DNA of 26,015 bases from a virus (lineage: Duplodnaviria; Caudoviricetes): IMG/VR virus record IMGVR_UViG_3300043781_000072, positions 1 to 26,015 of that record. One strand, written 5' to 3'. Shown here piece after piece: positions 7,450 through 15,492 of the stretch. The position numbers and the translations under genes were made by a program. How positions within the stretch are numbered: position 1 is the first letter of the stretch; each line of letters opens with the position of its first letter. A model generated the notes under the pieces. The model was given only the letters and a program-made list of their open reading frames with translations, was not told the DNA's origin and ran no database searches.

Positions 7450-7974
7450 ATGGCAGTATCGGGGATTGAACAAAAAATTGCGAGTATTTTCCGGTCTGGT
7501 GCACACAAACAGGAGATCAATCAAAAAGCAATGGGCGAAGACCTTCATATCTCGCCGCAGCTAGTGAGCCATATCCTGACTGGCAAACGATCATTCGGCG
7601 TAGACCGGATGGCGGAGATTGCAGAATATTTGCAAGATCCGGATATTGATTTTAAAGCGGCAGCAGAGCTTTTTTATACGCCGAAGCCGCTGGATCGAAA
7701 AAGACGCGATGGACACCCATTATCAAAAATGGTCGGACAAGACAAAGAAGAAATGGAGCGTATTGAGATCGAAAAGAAAAATGAGATATGGGATCTCTTG
7801 TCAATCCCGCCGGCTGAGATCACAAGTGCCGAAAAAGAGAAAGTGATGAATTGGCTGATCGAATTAGTCGATGAAATATCCGCAGAAATTGCTGTTTTCT
7901 CGGTTACATGCGAGCGATACAGCATTGATTCGCGCCTAGTCGTCAGGCAGTCACAAGAGAGCGTCGATCAGTAG
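7450..7974 (+). CDS. XRE HTH DNA-binding protein (174 aa)
   Basis: INQKAMGEDLHISPQLVSHILTGKR HTH. AGGAGG SD before ATG 7450. Confidence 0.82.
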   Translation: MAVSGIEQKIASIFRSGAHKQEINQKAMGEDLHISPQLVSHILTGKRSFGVDRMAEIAEYLQDPDIDFKAAAELFYTPKPLDRKRRDGHPLSKMVGQDKEEMERIEIEKKNEIWDLLSIPPAEITSAEKEKVMNWLIELVDEISAEIAVFSVTCERYSIDSRLVVRQSQESVDQ

Positions 7975-7999
7975 AAATATTTAAAAGGAGGTATGAGAG

Positions 8000-8269
8000 A
8001 TGCCAAAACCCATTCAAATTGATTTGGAAAAAGTAGCCCAAGATCCTGATCGAGCAAAAATCAAATATGCGAATAAAGCGGTAATCATGAAAATGTATTC
8101 CATCAAGAAGCCTAGTCTGGACAAATGGCTGAGCAAAATGGCTAATTTAGACGAATTTGCAGATGGTGTACTGCATCCGACGCATAAAATCGTATTGGTG
8201 CAACTCGATGTTTTCGATGAATTTGTGCGCTGGATGGACCGCAATCGTTATCGTCAACGAAAATATTGA
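8000..8269 (+). CDS. Small DNA-binding protein, excisionase-like
   Basis: Strong SD, basic winged-helix-like pattern, usual xis position in the early operon. Confidence 0.6.
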   Translation: MPKPIQIDLEKVAQDPDRAKIKYANKAVIMKMYSIKKPSLDKWLSKMANLDEFADGVLHPTHKIVLVQLDVFDEFVRWMDRNRYRQRKY

Positions 8270-8288
8270 AGCAAAGGAGACACATATT

Positions 8289-8465
8289 ATGAATGAATCC
8301 AAATATTTACAGCTATTCGCTGTGTTTTTTGTGGGATGTATGCTTTCCAGTTTAGGACGTACTTGGTGCCTTATCGTTTTAGCTACTGTGTCCATTGCTT
8401 GTCTCTTTGCCTGGGATGAACGAGAAGTAGAACGGAGAGCGCGTGAATATGCAAAAAAAGACTGA
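8289..8465 (+). CDS. Small membrane protein (58 aa)
   Basis: AAGGAG SD, two hydrophobic segments and a charged tail. Confidence 0.75.
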   Translation: MNESKYLQLFAVFFVGCMLSSLGRTWCLIVLATVSIACLFAWDEREVERRAREYAKKD

Positions 8466-8506
8466 CTCCGCGGGAACGAAGTCAGTCGGTGAAGAAATTT
8501 ATTTTC
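8453..8506 (-). ncRNA. Candidate ~50-nt antisense sRNA
   Basis: Minus-strand promoter TTGAAT (8536-8541)-17 bp-TATAAT (8513-8518) with TGn, then hairpin GACTGACTTCG/CGGAGTCAGTC (8460-8487) and a T run. No ORF between them. Confidence 0.6.
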
Positions 8507-8542
8507 AAGTCAATTATATCATGCGAAACGGAGGAATTCAAA

Positions 8543-8746
8543 ATGAACTTCGCTACTTTTTCAGGAGAGAAGTTTGATAACTGGAAGATGAGACTTCCAG
8601 AGGAAGATGAGTTAAAAGGGCATGATTGGCGAGGTGAAGAGATATACGAGGGCGACCTTGTTCGTGAAATCAATGGGGAACTGATAAAAGTAAATGACAT
8701 CGAGGAGTACCTTGATTCTGAATTTGGACCATCGTTTGAAGCGTGA
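8543..8746 (+). CDS. YqaI-like acidic hypothetical protein (67 aa)
   Basis: GGAGG SD, DWRGEEIYEGD motif, directly upstream of yqaJ. Confidence 0.7.
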   Translation: MNFATFSGEKFDNWKMRLPEEDELKGHDWRGEEIYEGDLVREINGELIKVNDIEEYLDSEFGPSFEA

Positions 8747-8760
8747 GGGGGGATAACAAG

Positions 8761-9711
8761 ATGGAAAAGATCAGTCATTCGACGCTAGAAATGACCCATG
8801 AAGCATGGCTGCAGGATCGCCGAAAAGGAATCGGCGGTTCTGATGTCGCAACAATCTTGGGACTTAATAAATGGAAATCAGCCTATCAGTTATGGCTTGA
8901 AAAGACCGGCCAAGTCGAACTGGATGAAACGGATAGCGAACCTGCTTATTGGGGAAATGTGTTGGAAGAGGTTGTTGCTAAAGAGTTCCAAGAGCGGACG
9001 GGGAAAAAAGTTCGGCGGCGAAATCAAGTGTTCGAACATCCGAAATATCCTTTTCTTCGTGCGAATATCGACCGGGACGTCGTTGGTGAGAATGCCATTC
9101 TGGAATGTAAAACAGCAAATGCCTTTTTAGCAAAAGACTGGGAGGGCGACGAGATCCCACTGAGTTATTTGTGTCAAGTACAGCACTATATGAGCGTCTT
9201 GGGTCGTAAGCGTGCTTATATTGCCGTTTTGATTGGTGGGCAGCGCTTTATCTGGAAACAAATCGATCGTGATGATGAACTGATCGATATGATCACACAG
9301 AAGCTCGTAAGCTTTTGGGAAAAGAATGTTGTTGAAGGAATCGAGCCGCAAATCGATGGGTCTGCCGCCGCTAGTGATTTTTTGAAAGAACACTATGCGG
9401 AAGAGGGAACGAAGGAGATCCAGTTGCCACAAAGCTATGACGACTATGCGGAATCTTTGGCAACGCTGAAACAATCTAAAAAAGAAATCGAATCAGAGAT
9501 CAGCAAAGTGGAAAATCAAATCAAGAACGAATTAGGAAAAAATGATGCAGTCATCGGAATCTCCCCAAAATTCGTCATTAGCTGGAAAAATTTTTCGGTG
9601 AAACGATTGGATAGAAAAGCTCTTGAGAAGAAATATCCCAAAGTAGCTGATGACGAAGAAATCTACAATCTGACGAATTCAAAACGTTTGAACATAAAGG
9701 AGATCGGATAG
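8761..9711 (+). CDS. yqaJ: YqaJ-family lambda-exonuclease-like recombination nuclease
   Basis: WLQDRRKGIGGSD, YWGNVLE, ANIDR, LECKT and QVQHYM motifs. Confidence 0.95.
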   Translation: MEKISHSTLEMTHEAWLQDRRKGIGGSDVATILGLNKWKSAYQLWLEKTGQVELDETDSEPAYWGNVLEEVVAKEFQERTGKKVRRRNQVFEHPKYPFLRANIDRDVVGENAILECKTANAFLAKDWEGDEIPLSYLCQVQHYMSVLGRKRAYIAVLIGGQRFIWKQIDRDDELIDMITQKLVSFWEKNVVEGIEPQIDGSAAASDFLKEHYAEEGTKEIQLPQSYDDYAESLATLKQSKKEIESEISKVENQIKNELGKNDAVIGISPKFVISWKNFSVKRLDRKALEKKYPKVADDEEIYNLTNSKRLNIKEIG

Positions 9712-9712
9712 C

Positions 9713-9829
9713 ATGACGAAGAAAACTATCTGCCCGCGCTGCGAGAACGAGAACTTGAAATCAGATTATAAATTTTGTCCGATCTGCGGCTTAAAACTAA
9801 AGGAGGAAACACACAATGGCAACAAATGA
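9713..9829 (+). CDS. Zinc-ribbon microprotein (38 aa; not in ORF track)
   Basis: MTKKTICPRCENENLKSDYKFCPICGLKLKEETHNGNK*, two CxxC motifs, AAGGAG SD. Fills the yqaJ-recT gap. Confidence 0.8.
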   Translation: MTKKTICPRCENENLKSDYKFCPICGLKLKEETHNGNK

Positions 9830-10751
9830 TACTTTAAAAAATCAACTAACAGAGCAACAGACGACTCAAGTCGATCCGGGAAAATTAGGATTTAAAGCGC
9901 TGATGCGAACGCCGACAATGAAAAGCAAGTTTCACGATCTTTTAAGAGACCGCTCTGATTCCTTTATGGGTTCGCTATTGAGCTTGGTCAACGGTGATGA
10001 TTATTTATCAAAAGCTGAGCCGATCACGATTATTTCTTCAGCCCTCAAAGCAGCCTCTATGGAATTGCCAATCGATAAAAATTTAGGATACGCCTATATC
10101 GTTCCTTTCAACCGTAAAGAAAAGCAAGGTAAGAATTGGATCACTCATAACGAAGCGCAATTCATCATTGGATACAAAGGATATATCCAACTGGCACAGC
10201 GTTCAGGTCAATACAAAGCATTGAATGCCGTGCCGGTATACGATGGCGAAGTCAAATCATGGAATAAAGTGACCGAGGAATTTGTTTTTGATCCGGAAGG
10301 GAAAATTTCTGATCAGGTTGTTGGATACGTTGCATTCTTTGAGTTGTTGAATGGATTCAAAAAGACAGTTTACTGGACTAAACAAGAGATCGAAGCACAC
10401 CGGATCAAAAATGCTAAGGGATTTGATAAAGATAAGCTGACAGGTGCCTGGAGAGATAATTATGATGCGATGGCCACGAAAACCGTGATCCGAAATATGC
10501 TTTCTAAATGGGGACTTTTATCAGTTGAAATGCAAAATGCACTTTCTGCAGACGAAAAAGTGATCCGGATGGATGAACAAGGCGACCTGCTGGAAGAAGT
10601 TGCTTTATCCGATGTGCAGCCGGTCGAGTCGAAACGAAAAACAGCAGAAGCAGCCGACGAGTCAAAGGGTGTGTTGAATAGCGAAGAAGAAACAGAATTA
10701 AATGGCAGCCTGTTCGATCCGAACAAGCCGCCGATGGCTGATGATAAGTAA
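9816..10751 (+). CDS. recT: RecT single-strand annealing protein
   Basis: LGYAYIVPF, QFIIGYKGYIQLAQRSGQY and AMATKTV motifs. Confidence 0.95.
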   Translation: MATNDTLKNQLTEQQTTQVDPGKLGFKALMRTPTMKSKFHDLLRDRSDSFMGSLLSLVNGDDYLSKAEPITIISSALKAASMELPIDKNLGYAYIVPFNRKEKQGKNWITHNEAQFIIGYKGYIQLAQRSGQYKALNAVPVYDGEVKSWNKVTEEFVFDPEGKISDQVVGYVAFFELLNGFKKTVYWTKQEIEAHRIKNAKGFDKDKLTGAWRDNYDAMATKTVIRNMLSKWGLLSVEMQNALSADEKVIRMDEQGDLLEEVALSDVQPVESKRKTAEAADESKGVLNSEEETELNGSLFDPNKPPMADDK

Positions 10752-10775
10752 ATTAAACGGACGAATAAGGAGGGG

Positions 10776-11687
10776 GTGCTTGGATTGCAAAGCTATTATC
10801 CCCATGATAGCAATTTGAGAAACAAGGCAGAGATATTGCCGCTGCGTATGAAATACGGCGCTGAAGGTTACGGAGTCTATCATATGATCTTAGAACGCCT
10901 GCGAGACGAGAAGGACTATACGAGTATCAGAGATTACAATATGCTAGCCTATGATCTTCGTGTAGATGCTTCACTTGTAAAGTCTGTTGTAGAGGATTTC
11001 GGGTTATTTGCCTTTACCGATGATGGTAAGTGCTTCTACTCCGAAAATCTTTGCGAACGCATGGAGATCAAAGACGAGAAACTAAAAAAGCTTTCTGAAG
11101 CCGGAAAAAAAGGCGCTGCTAAAAGGTGGAATAAAGAAGATGATAGCCACCCCATAGCTACCCCAAACAAAAACGATGGCAATAAAAGTAAAGTAAATAA
11201 AATAAAAGAAAATGAAATAAAAGAGAGTACTAAGCCGGCTCCTCGCAAAAAACGCGAGTACCCCGACAGCGATCCGAACATGAAATTAGCAAAATTTTTG
11301 TACAAAAATATTTTGGATCACGGGATCGAGATCAAGAAACCGAGCTTGCAGAAGTGGGCGGATACGCTCCGCTTGCTGATTGAACGAGATGAACGCCCTG
11401 GCAAGCAAGTACAAGATACGATCAAGTGGATCTACCAAGACGCAGTTGATCCGTTCTGGCGAAATACTGTGCAATCTGCGGAAGGGCTGCGTCGTAATTT
11501 TGATCAGATCACTGGCAAGATCAAGCTTGAGAAAGAGCATCCGGTTGGATATTCACATCAAAAAACGGTGAAACAAGCCGAAACGGTGCCGGAGTGGATG
11601 CAAAAGAAAGAATATCAGCCGGTCGATGATGAGAGCATGGAGACGTTTAACGAGGCGATGAAAAAGCTGAAGGGAGCGAGCGGATAA
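10776..11687 (+). CDS. Phage replication initiator (DUF4373/Lin1244-like N-terminus)
   Basis: YYPHDSN.R...LRMKYGAEGYGVY, SEAGKKGAAKRW linker and C-terminal FWRNTVQSAEGLR. Alternative TTG start at 10785. Confidence 0.85.
   Translation: MLGLQSYYPHDSNLRNKAEILPLRMKYGAEGYGVYHMILERLRDEKDYTSIRDYNMLAYDLRVDASLVKSVVEDFGLFAFTDDGKCFYSENLCERMEIKDEKLKKLSEAGKKGAAKRWNKEDDSHPIATPNKNDGNKSKVNKIKENEIKESTKPAPRKKREYPDSDPNMKLAKFLYKNILDHGIEIKKPSLQKWADTLRLLIERDERPGKQVQDTIKWIYQDAVDPFWRNTVQSAEGLRRNFDQITGKIKLEKEHPVGYSHQKTVKQAETVPEWMQKKEYQPVDDESMETFNEAMKKLKGASG
11143..11225. repeat. Putative replication origin: tandem 11-bp repeats plus A-rich tract
   Basis: ATAGCCACCCC ATAGCTACCCC (11143-11164) followed by a very A-rich stretch, inside the initiator linker region. 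Confidence 0.55.
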
Positions 11688-11688
11688 G

Positions 11689-12135
11689 ATGGCGATTCTT
11701 CGAAATTATAGGCGGAAGGCCAAGTATGGGAATAAGAAAACCGTCTATCGCGGGATCCCATTCGATTCCAAAGCGGAAGCAGCGTATTTCGACTTGGCCA
11801 GAAAAGAAGCCAAGGAACATAGCTGTGAATTGCGGCTGCAGGAAACTTTTGAATTGGTCCAGGGATTCAGAGACGAATTCGGCAAAGCCCATCAAGCAAT
11901 CAAATACAAAGCGGATTTTAGTTTTTGGCGCGGGGATCAGTTGCTTCGAGTCGTCGACGTGAAAGGAATGCAGACGAAAGATTTCCGGCTGAAGGCGAAG
12001 CTGTTCGCTAAGCGATATGGGAAATCCATCATCTTGGCAAAGCCGACGCACAGAGGCTTTCTGGAATTCGCATTTGGGCATGACAAAGAAGCGCTAGACA
12101 AGAAAATCGAAAGCGGGCGATGGAAAATTGATTAA
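11689..12135 (+). CDS. DUF1064-family PD-(D/E)XK nuclease
   Basis: KYGNKK...FDSKAEA, YKADF and VVDVKG motifs. Confidence 0.88.
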   Translation: MAILRNYRRKAKYGNKKTVYRGIPFDSKAEAAYFDLARKEAKEHSCELRLQETFELVQGFRDEFGKAHQAIKYKADFSFWRGDQLLRVVDVKGMQTKDFRLKAKLFAKRYGKSIILAKPTHRGFLEFAFGHDKEALDKKIESGRWKID

Positions 12136-12619
12136 TAATACAGTACTGGTAGGACGCTTAACGAAGGATCCTGATCTTCGGTATACCGCGAATGGAACGG
12201 CGGTTGCGAGCTTTACTTTGGCCGTCAATCGGAATTTCAAAAGCAAAGACGGCGAGCGCGAAGCGGACTTCATCAATTGCGTGATCTGGCGCAAGTCAGC
12301 GGAATCAATAGCCAAAATGGTCCGAAAAGGTTCGCTCATTGGTGTGGTAGGGCGTATTCAAACACGCAATTATGAGAATCAACAAGGCCAAAGGGTCTAT
12401 GTCACAGAGGTCGTTGCTGACAATTTTCAAATGCTCGAATCGAAAGCAGCAAGTGAAAAGAGACAGCAGACTGAAGGCGGCAGCTTCGATAAACAGAATT
12501 CCGCCTTCCCGCAAACCCCAAGCAAAAATGAAACGCCTAGTTTTGCTAAGGAGAAGGATTCCTATAGTGGTGCGGATTCAGCAGCCATCGATATTTCAGA
12601 TGATGATCTGCCATTTTAG
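12128..12619 (+). CDS. ssb: Single-stranded DNA-binding protein
   Basis: [19 protein letters not shown] start and DISDDDLPF tail. Confidence 0.97.
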   Translation: MINNTVLVGRLTKDPDLRYTANGTAVASFTLAVNRNFKSKDGEREADFINCVIWRKSAESIAKMVRKGSLIGVVGRIQTRNYENQQGQRVYVTEVVADNFQMLESKAASEKRQQTEGGSFDKQNSAFPQTPSKNETPSFAKEKDSYSGADSAAIDISDDDLPF

Positions 12620-12670
12620 AAACTAGGAAGAGTAACGAATTTAGTTGACTGAAAGTGGTGATTAATAACC

Positions 12671-12976
12671 ATGAGCGATGAACTAAGAATCAAAATAGGC
12701 GGATACATTATCGGTGTTTCGTTTAGCGGCAGACTAATTGCTAATGAATCTCGAATTGGGGAATACTCTCCATTCGAACAGAAAATTAAATTAGCAAAAG
12801 ACCTTACTGATCAACAACAAAAAGAGACACTAATTCATGAAATCCTTGAAGCGATCAACGATATCTATGAATTAGGTCTCGATCATGATGAACAACTCTG
12901 CAAGTTGTCTGCAATTACCCATCAGTTAGTAGTGGACAATCCGAACTTGCTTAATGTTTTGCGTTCTTATGATTAG
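12671..12976 (+). CDS. Zincin-like protein with HEILE in place of HExxH
   Basis: GEY...KIKLAKDL...KETLIHEILEAI pattern of ImmA-like folds. Confidence 0.65.
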   Translation: MSDELRIKIGGYIIGVSFSGRLIANESRIGEYSPFEQKIKLAKDLTDQQQKETLIHEILEAINDIYELGLDHDEQLCKLSAITHQLVVDNPNLLNVLRSYD

Positions 12977-13079
12977 CTAGCGTTTTAGCTGCACTGCTTT
13001 TCTGAGGAGCGGATTTACTAGTGGAAAGGGTTCTGCCTGCTTTACTGACTTTTGATGAGGGGTTACATTTTTTTGCCAT
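12951..13079 (-). CDS. Highly basic K/S/A-rich peptide (42 aa; not in ORF track)
   Basis: GAAAGGAG SD, MAKKCNPSSKVSKAGRTLSTSKSAPQKSSAAKTLANHKNAKH*, upstream TTGCGC-17 bp-TATAAT. Confidence 0.78.
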   Translation of the reverse strand: MAKKCNPSSKVSKAGRTLSTSKSAPQKSSAAKTLANHKNAKH

Positions 13080-13136
13080 GGAATGATCTCCTTTCAGTTT
13101 ATTTGAATAAAGCGTTAGTATGCGTTTTATTCAAAT

Positions 13137-13394
13137 ATGATTATACAGAAGCGAAAGGATGTGCGCAATATATTGCGGGAACAAAAAGCGAACAGACACA
13201 ACATATTGTGGTTTAGGCTAAAAAAGATAATGGATGAAGCGGGGATTAATCAATCCGAGTTAGCAAGACAAGCTGGAATTAATAATACTGTAATCTCTGC
13301 TTTAAAATTAGGGAAGATTAAAAAGCCAAGTTTTGAATTAATGTGCAAGATTGCAAACGCGTTAAACATAAGTTTAGACGAGTTTAAACCATGA
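13137..13394 (+). CDS. Small XRE HTH regulator (start uncertain: 13137, 13161, 13173 or 13206)
   Basis: INQSELARQAGINNTVISALKLGKIKKPSFELMCKIANAL. Confidence 0.85.
   Translation: MIIQKRKDVRNILREQKANRHNILWFRLKKIMDEAGINQSELARQAGINNTVISALKLGKIKKPSFELMCKIANALNISLDEFKP
13140..13168 (-). promoter_or_regulatory. Sigma-A promoter for the basic peptide gene
   Basis: TTGCGC (13163-13168)-17 bp-TATAAT (13140-13145) on the minus strand. Confidence 0.65.
13164..13210. promoter_or_regulatory. Pair of NrdR-box-like palindromes
   Basis: CGCAATATATTGCG (13164-13177) and CACAACATATTGTG (13197-13210), centres 33 bp apart. Confidence 0.5.
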
Positions 13395-13440
13395 AAAATA
13401 GGAACATAGTTATTAGAAAAGAAAAATAGGAGGAATATCC

Positions 13441-13569
13441 ATGATCAATAACGACATTGCTATCGAGCTTTTGAACGAGCTTATTTTCAAGTCTGTCAAT
13501 CTGACTGAAGACCAAAAAGATCGAATCAAAGAGGTGATCAAACTGCTCGGTGGAGGATTAGAAAAATAA
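13441..13569 (+). CDS. Hypothetical protein (42 aa; not in ORF track)
   Basis: AGGAGG SD 7 nt before ATG, MINNDIAIELLNELIF...GGLEK*. Confidence 0.7.
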   Translation: MINNDIAIELLNELIFKSVNLTEDQKDRIKEVIKLLGGGLEK

Positions 13570-13609
13570 AAAACGCACAGCCTAAGCCGCGCGCATAATG
13601 GTTCCGTCA
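13568..13609 (-). ncRNA. Candidate ~40-nt antisense sRNA
   Basis: TGCTATAAT (13615-13623, minus), then stem CGCGCGGC-TTAG-GCTGTGCG and T6. Two G-U pairs form only on the minus strand. Confidence 0.55.
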
Positions 13610-13711
13610 AACCAATTATAGCATAAGGGGTGGCTTAGGTGATGTGCATATTATGGATGAATGATAGACGGGTATTAAATAAAAAATCTAAATTATCGGG
13701 GGTAATATACT

Positions 13712-14236
13712 GTGGTGAATGATAATTTAACCAAACAACAATTGGAAATAATTGCAAAAGCCGTGTTGAAAGAACACAAGAAGATTACCCCTGATAAGGC
13801 AAAGCGAGATTGGCGATTGCGAAATACCCGTCTACTGCTTAAAAATTATCGCTGGCTCCAAAAACATTGTGAAGAGATCATTGATGACTTGGACAATTAT
13901 GAAAATGTGATTTTTGATCCTGAGGAATTAAATCTTAAAGCGCTGATGAAATATAAAGCAAAGACGAAAAAGATGCTGGATTATTTCGATGCTACCTGGG
14001 GCTCTTATTACGCCTACTGCAAGAACAATGGAATAGCTATGCAACGCCGAAGCGAAGTGCTTAATAAGCTGTATCTTTCGCAGAATAAGCTAAATAAAGT
14101 CGACTTGGCAGAATTCTACAATGTGGACGAATCAACAATCAGACGGGATGAAAGCCGTGCAAGCAAAGAGCTTTCAATCTTTCTCTTCGGGATCGACAGC
14201 CTGGATGATCTGGAGCAGATCGTATTTACCCACTAA
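13712..14236 (+). CDS. Late transcriptional activator (RinA/ArpU-like)
   Basis: RLRNTRLLLKNYR N-terminal motif and C-terminal HTH (LAEFYNVDESTIRRD). Last early gene before packaging. Confidence 0.8.
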   Translation: MVNDNLTKQQLEIIAKAVLKEHKKITPDKAKRDWRLRNTRLLLKNYRWLQKHCEEIIDDLDNYENVIFDPEELNLKALMKYKAKTKKMLDYFDATWGSYYAYCKNNGIAMQRRSEVLNKLYLSQNKLNKVDLAEFYNVDESTIRRDESRASKELSIFLFGIDSLDDLEQIVFTH

Positions 14237-14280
14237 TGCACAAACGCTGCCTTGAATGCACCGATTTTAAAAGATAGAAT
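14235..14280 (+). promoter_or_regulatory. Putative activator-dependent late promoter
   Basis: AATGCAC repeats at 14235 and 14255 (20 bp apart) with a TGC between them, then TAGAAT at 14275-14280. Confidence 0.55.
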
Positions 14281-14314
14281 GATAGCGTGAAGTAATCTTA
14301 GCAATCCTCCTTTT

Positions 14315-14342
14315 CCCCTGTCAGAAATGGCAGGGGTTTGTT
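14315..14342 (+). terminator. Hairpin/terminator in the late leader
   Basis: CCCCTGTCA-GAAA-TGGCAGGGG followed by TTTGTT. Confidence 0.65.
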
Positions 14343-14378
14343 ATGATGAGTGTTATCATATGAGAAAGGAGGGAAAAA

Positions 14379-14657
14379 ATGGAAAGAGACTATGTTTATA
14401 CTGGATTGCAATCTTCCGGCGAGGGAGCTTTTTTGATTGAACTTTCAGAAGAAACCAGTTATGAAAGAGTTTTTGAATATAAAAGTTACTATTTACCCAA
14501 GCGATTTACAGTGAAAGAGGACGGATTATTTAGTCCACATATTGTGAGAGTTTGGTGCGATGCGCTTGGCTTGGATTCGGGATGGAAACGAGTTACTTCG
14601 TCAGCGACACATCAGGAAGTGGCAATAGCAATCGCCAAAGATATGATGAATCAATAG
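14379..14657 (+). CDS. Hypothetical moron-like protein (92 aa)
   Basis: AAAGGAGG SD, own TGTTATGAT extended -10 (14339-14347), imperfect hairpin plus T7 downstream (14664-14691). Confidence 0.75.
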   Translation: MERDYVYTGLQSSGEGAFLIELSEETSYERVFEYKSYYLPKRFTVKEDGLFSPHIVRVWCDALGLDSGWKRVTSSATHQEVAIAIAKDMMNQ

Positions 14658-14736
14658 CAAATGAGGCACCCCATAAGCGGGAGCTTTTTTTATTAGATCT
14701 ACAAAACAACACAGATTGCGAGGTGGTGGAAGATGG

Positions 14737-15492
14737 ATGGCTAGAAAGCGAAATCCAATGCGAGATCAAGCCTATCGTATTTGGATCGAATCAAACAAAA
14801 GGAAGCCGCTCAAAGATATAGCGAAAGAATTAGGTGTCTCCCCGTCAACTGTTCGTAAATGGAAATCAGAAGATCAGTGGGATAAAGATATGAAAAGGAG
14901 CGCTCCGAATGAAACGGAGCGTTACGAATCAATGCGCGGGAACCAGAACGCCAAAAGCAACAATGGCGGCGCACCGCCGAACAATAAAAACTCAGTCAGT
15001 CATGGGTTATTTGCCAATTGGCTGCCCGACGACACCAGGGCGATCATCCAAGAGCTATATAGCAGTAAGCCAGAAGACATCATTTGGAACAATATCATGA
15101 TCCAGTATACGGCAATCATTAGGTCGCAAAAGATTATGTATGTTCGAGATGAGTTTGACCAAACAGAAGACATTACCAGTTCCGAGGTCAATCCAATGTT
15201 TGTAGATTTGAAAACAGAAGGTCCGGTCCAAACCAAGCTTACCCGTCAGATTCAATATGCATGGGATAAACAAGCAAACTTCATGAACGCTCAATCGCGG
15301 GCTATGGCTACATTATCGAATCTTATCAAGCAATTCATTGCCATCGCTGACGAAAGAGACGAACGTCACAAACGATTAGCTTTGATAGATGCTCAAGTTG
15401 CTAAGTTGAAAGCAACAACACCAGAAGAATCGAGTAGTGATAACGAGCCTATCGTAATCATTGACCCGTGGAGTGATCGCAATGGCAAATAA
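14737..15492 (+). CDS. terS: Terminase small subunit (YqaS-like, N-terminal HTH)
   Basis: LKDIAKELGVSPSTVRKWKSEDQW and GGAPPNNKNSVSHG motifs, precedes terL. Confidence 0.92.
   Translation: MARKRNPMRDQAYRIWIESNKRKPLKDIAKELGVSPSTVRKWKSEDQWDKDMKRSAPNETERYESMRGNQNAKSNNGGAPPNNKNSVSHGLFANWLPDDTRAIIQELYSSKPEDIIWNNIMIQYTAIIRSQKIMYVRDEFDQTEDITSSEVNPMFVDLKTEGPVQTKLTRQIQYAWDKQANFMNAQSRAMATLSNLIKQFIAIADERDERHKRLALIDAQVAKLKATTPEESSSDNEPIVIIDPWSDRNGK

Noticed and set aside
14232-14314. Hydrophobic minus-strand mini-ORF (LLRLLHAIILSF...) after AGGAGG, as a possible type I toxin
   Set aside because: The SD abuts the TTG with about 1 nt spacing, and the anti-SD explanation fits better.
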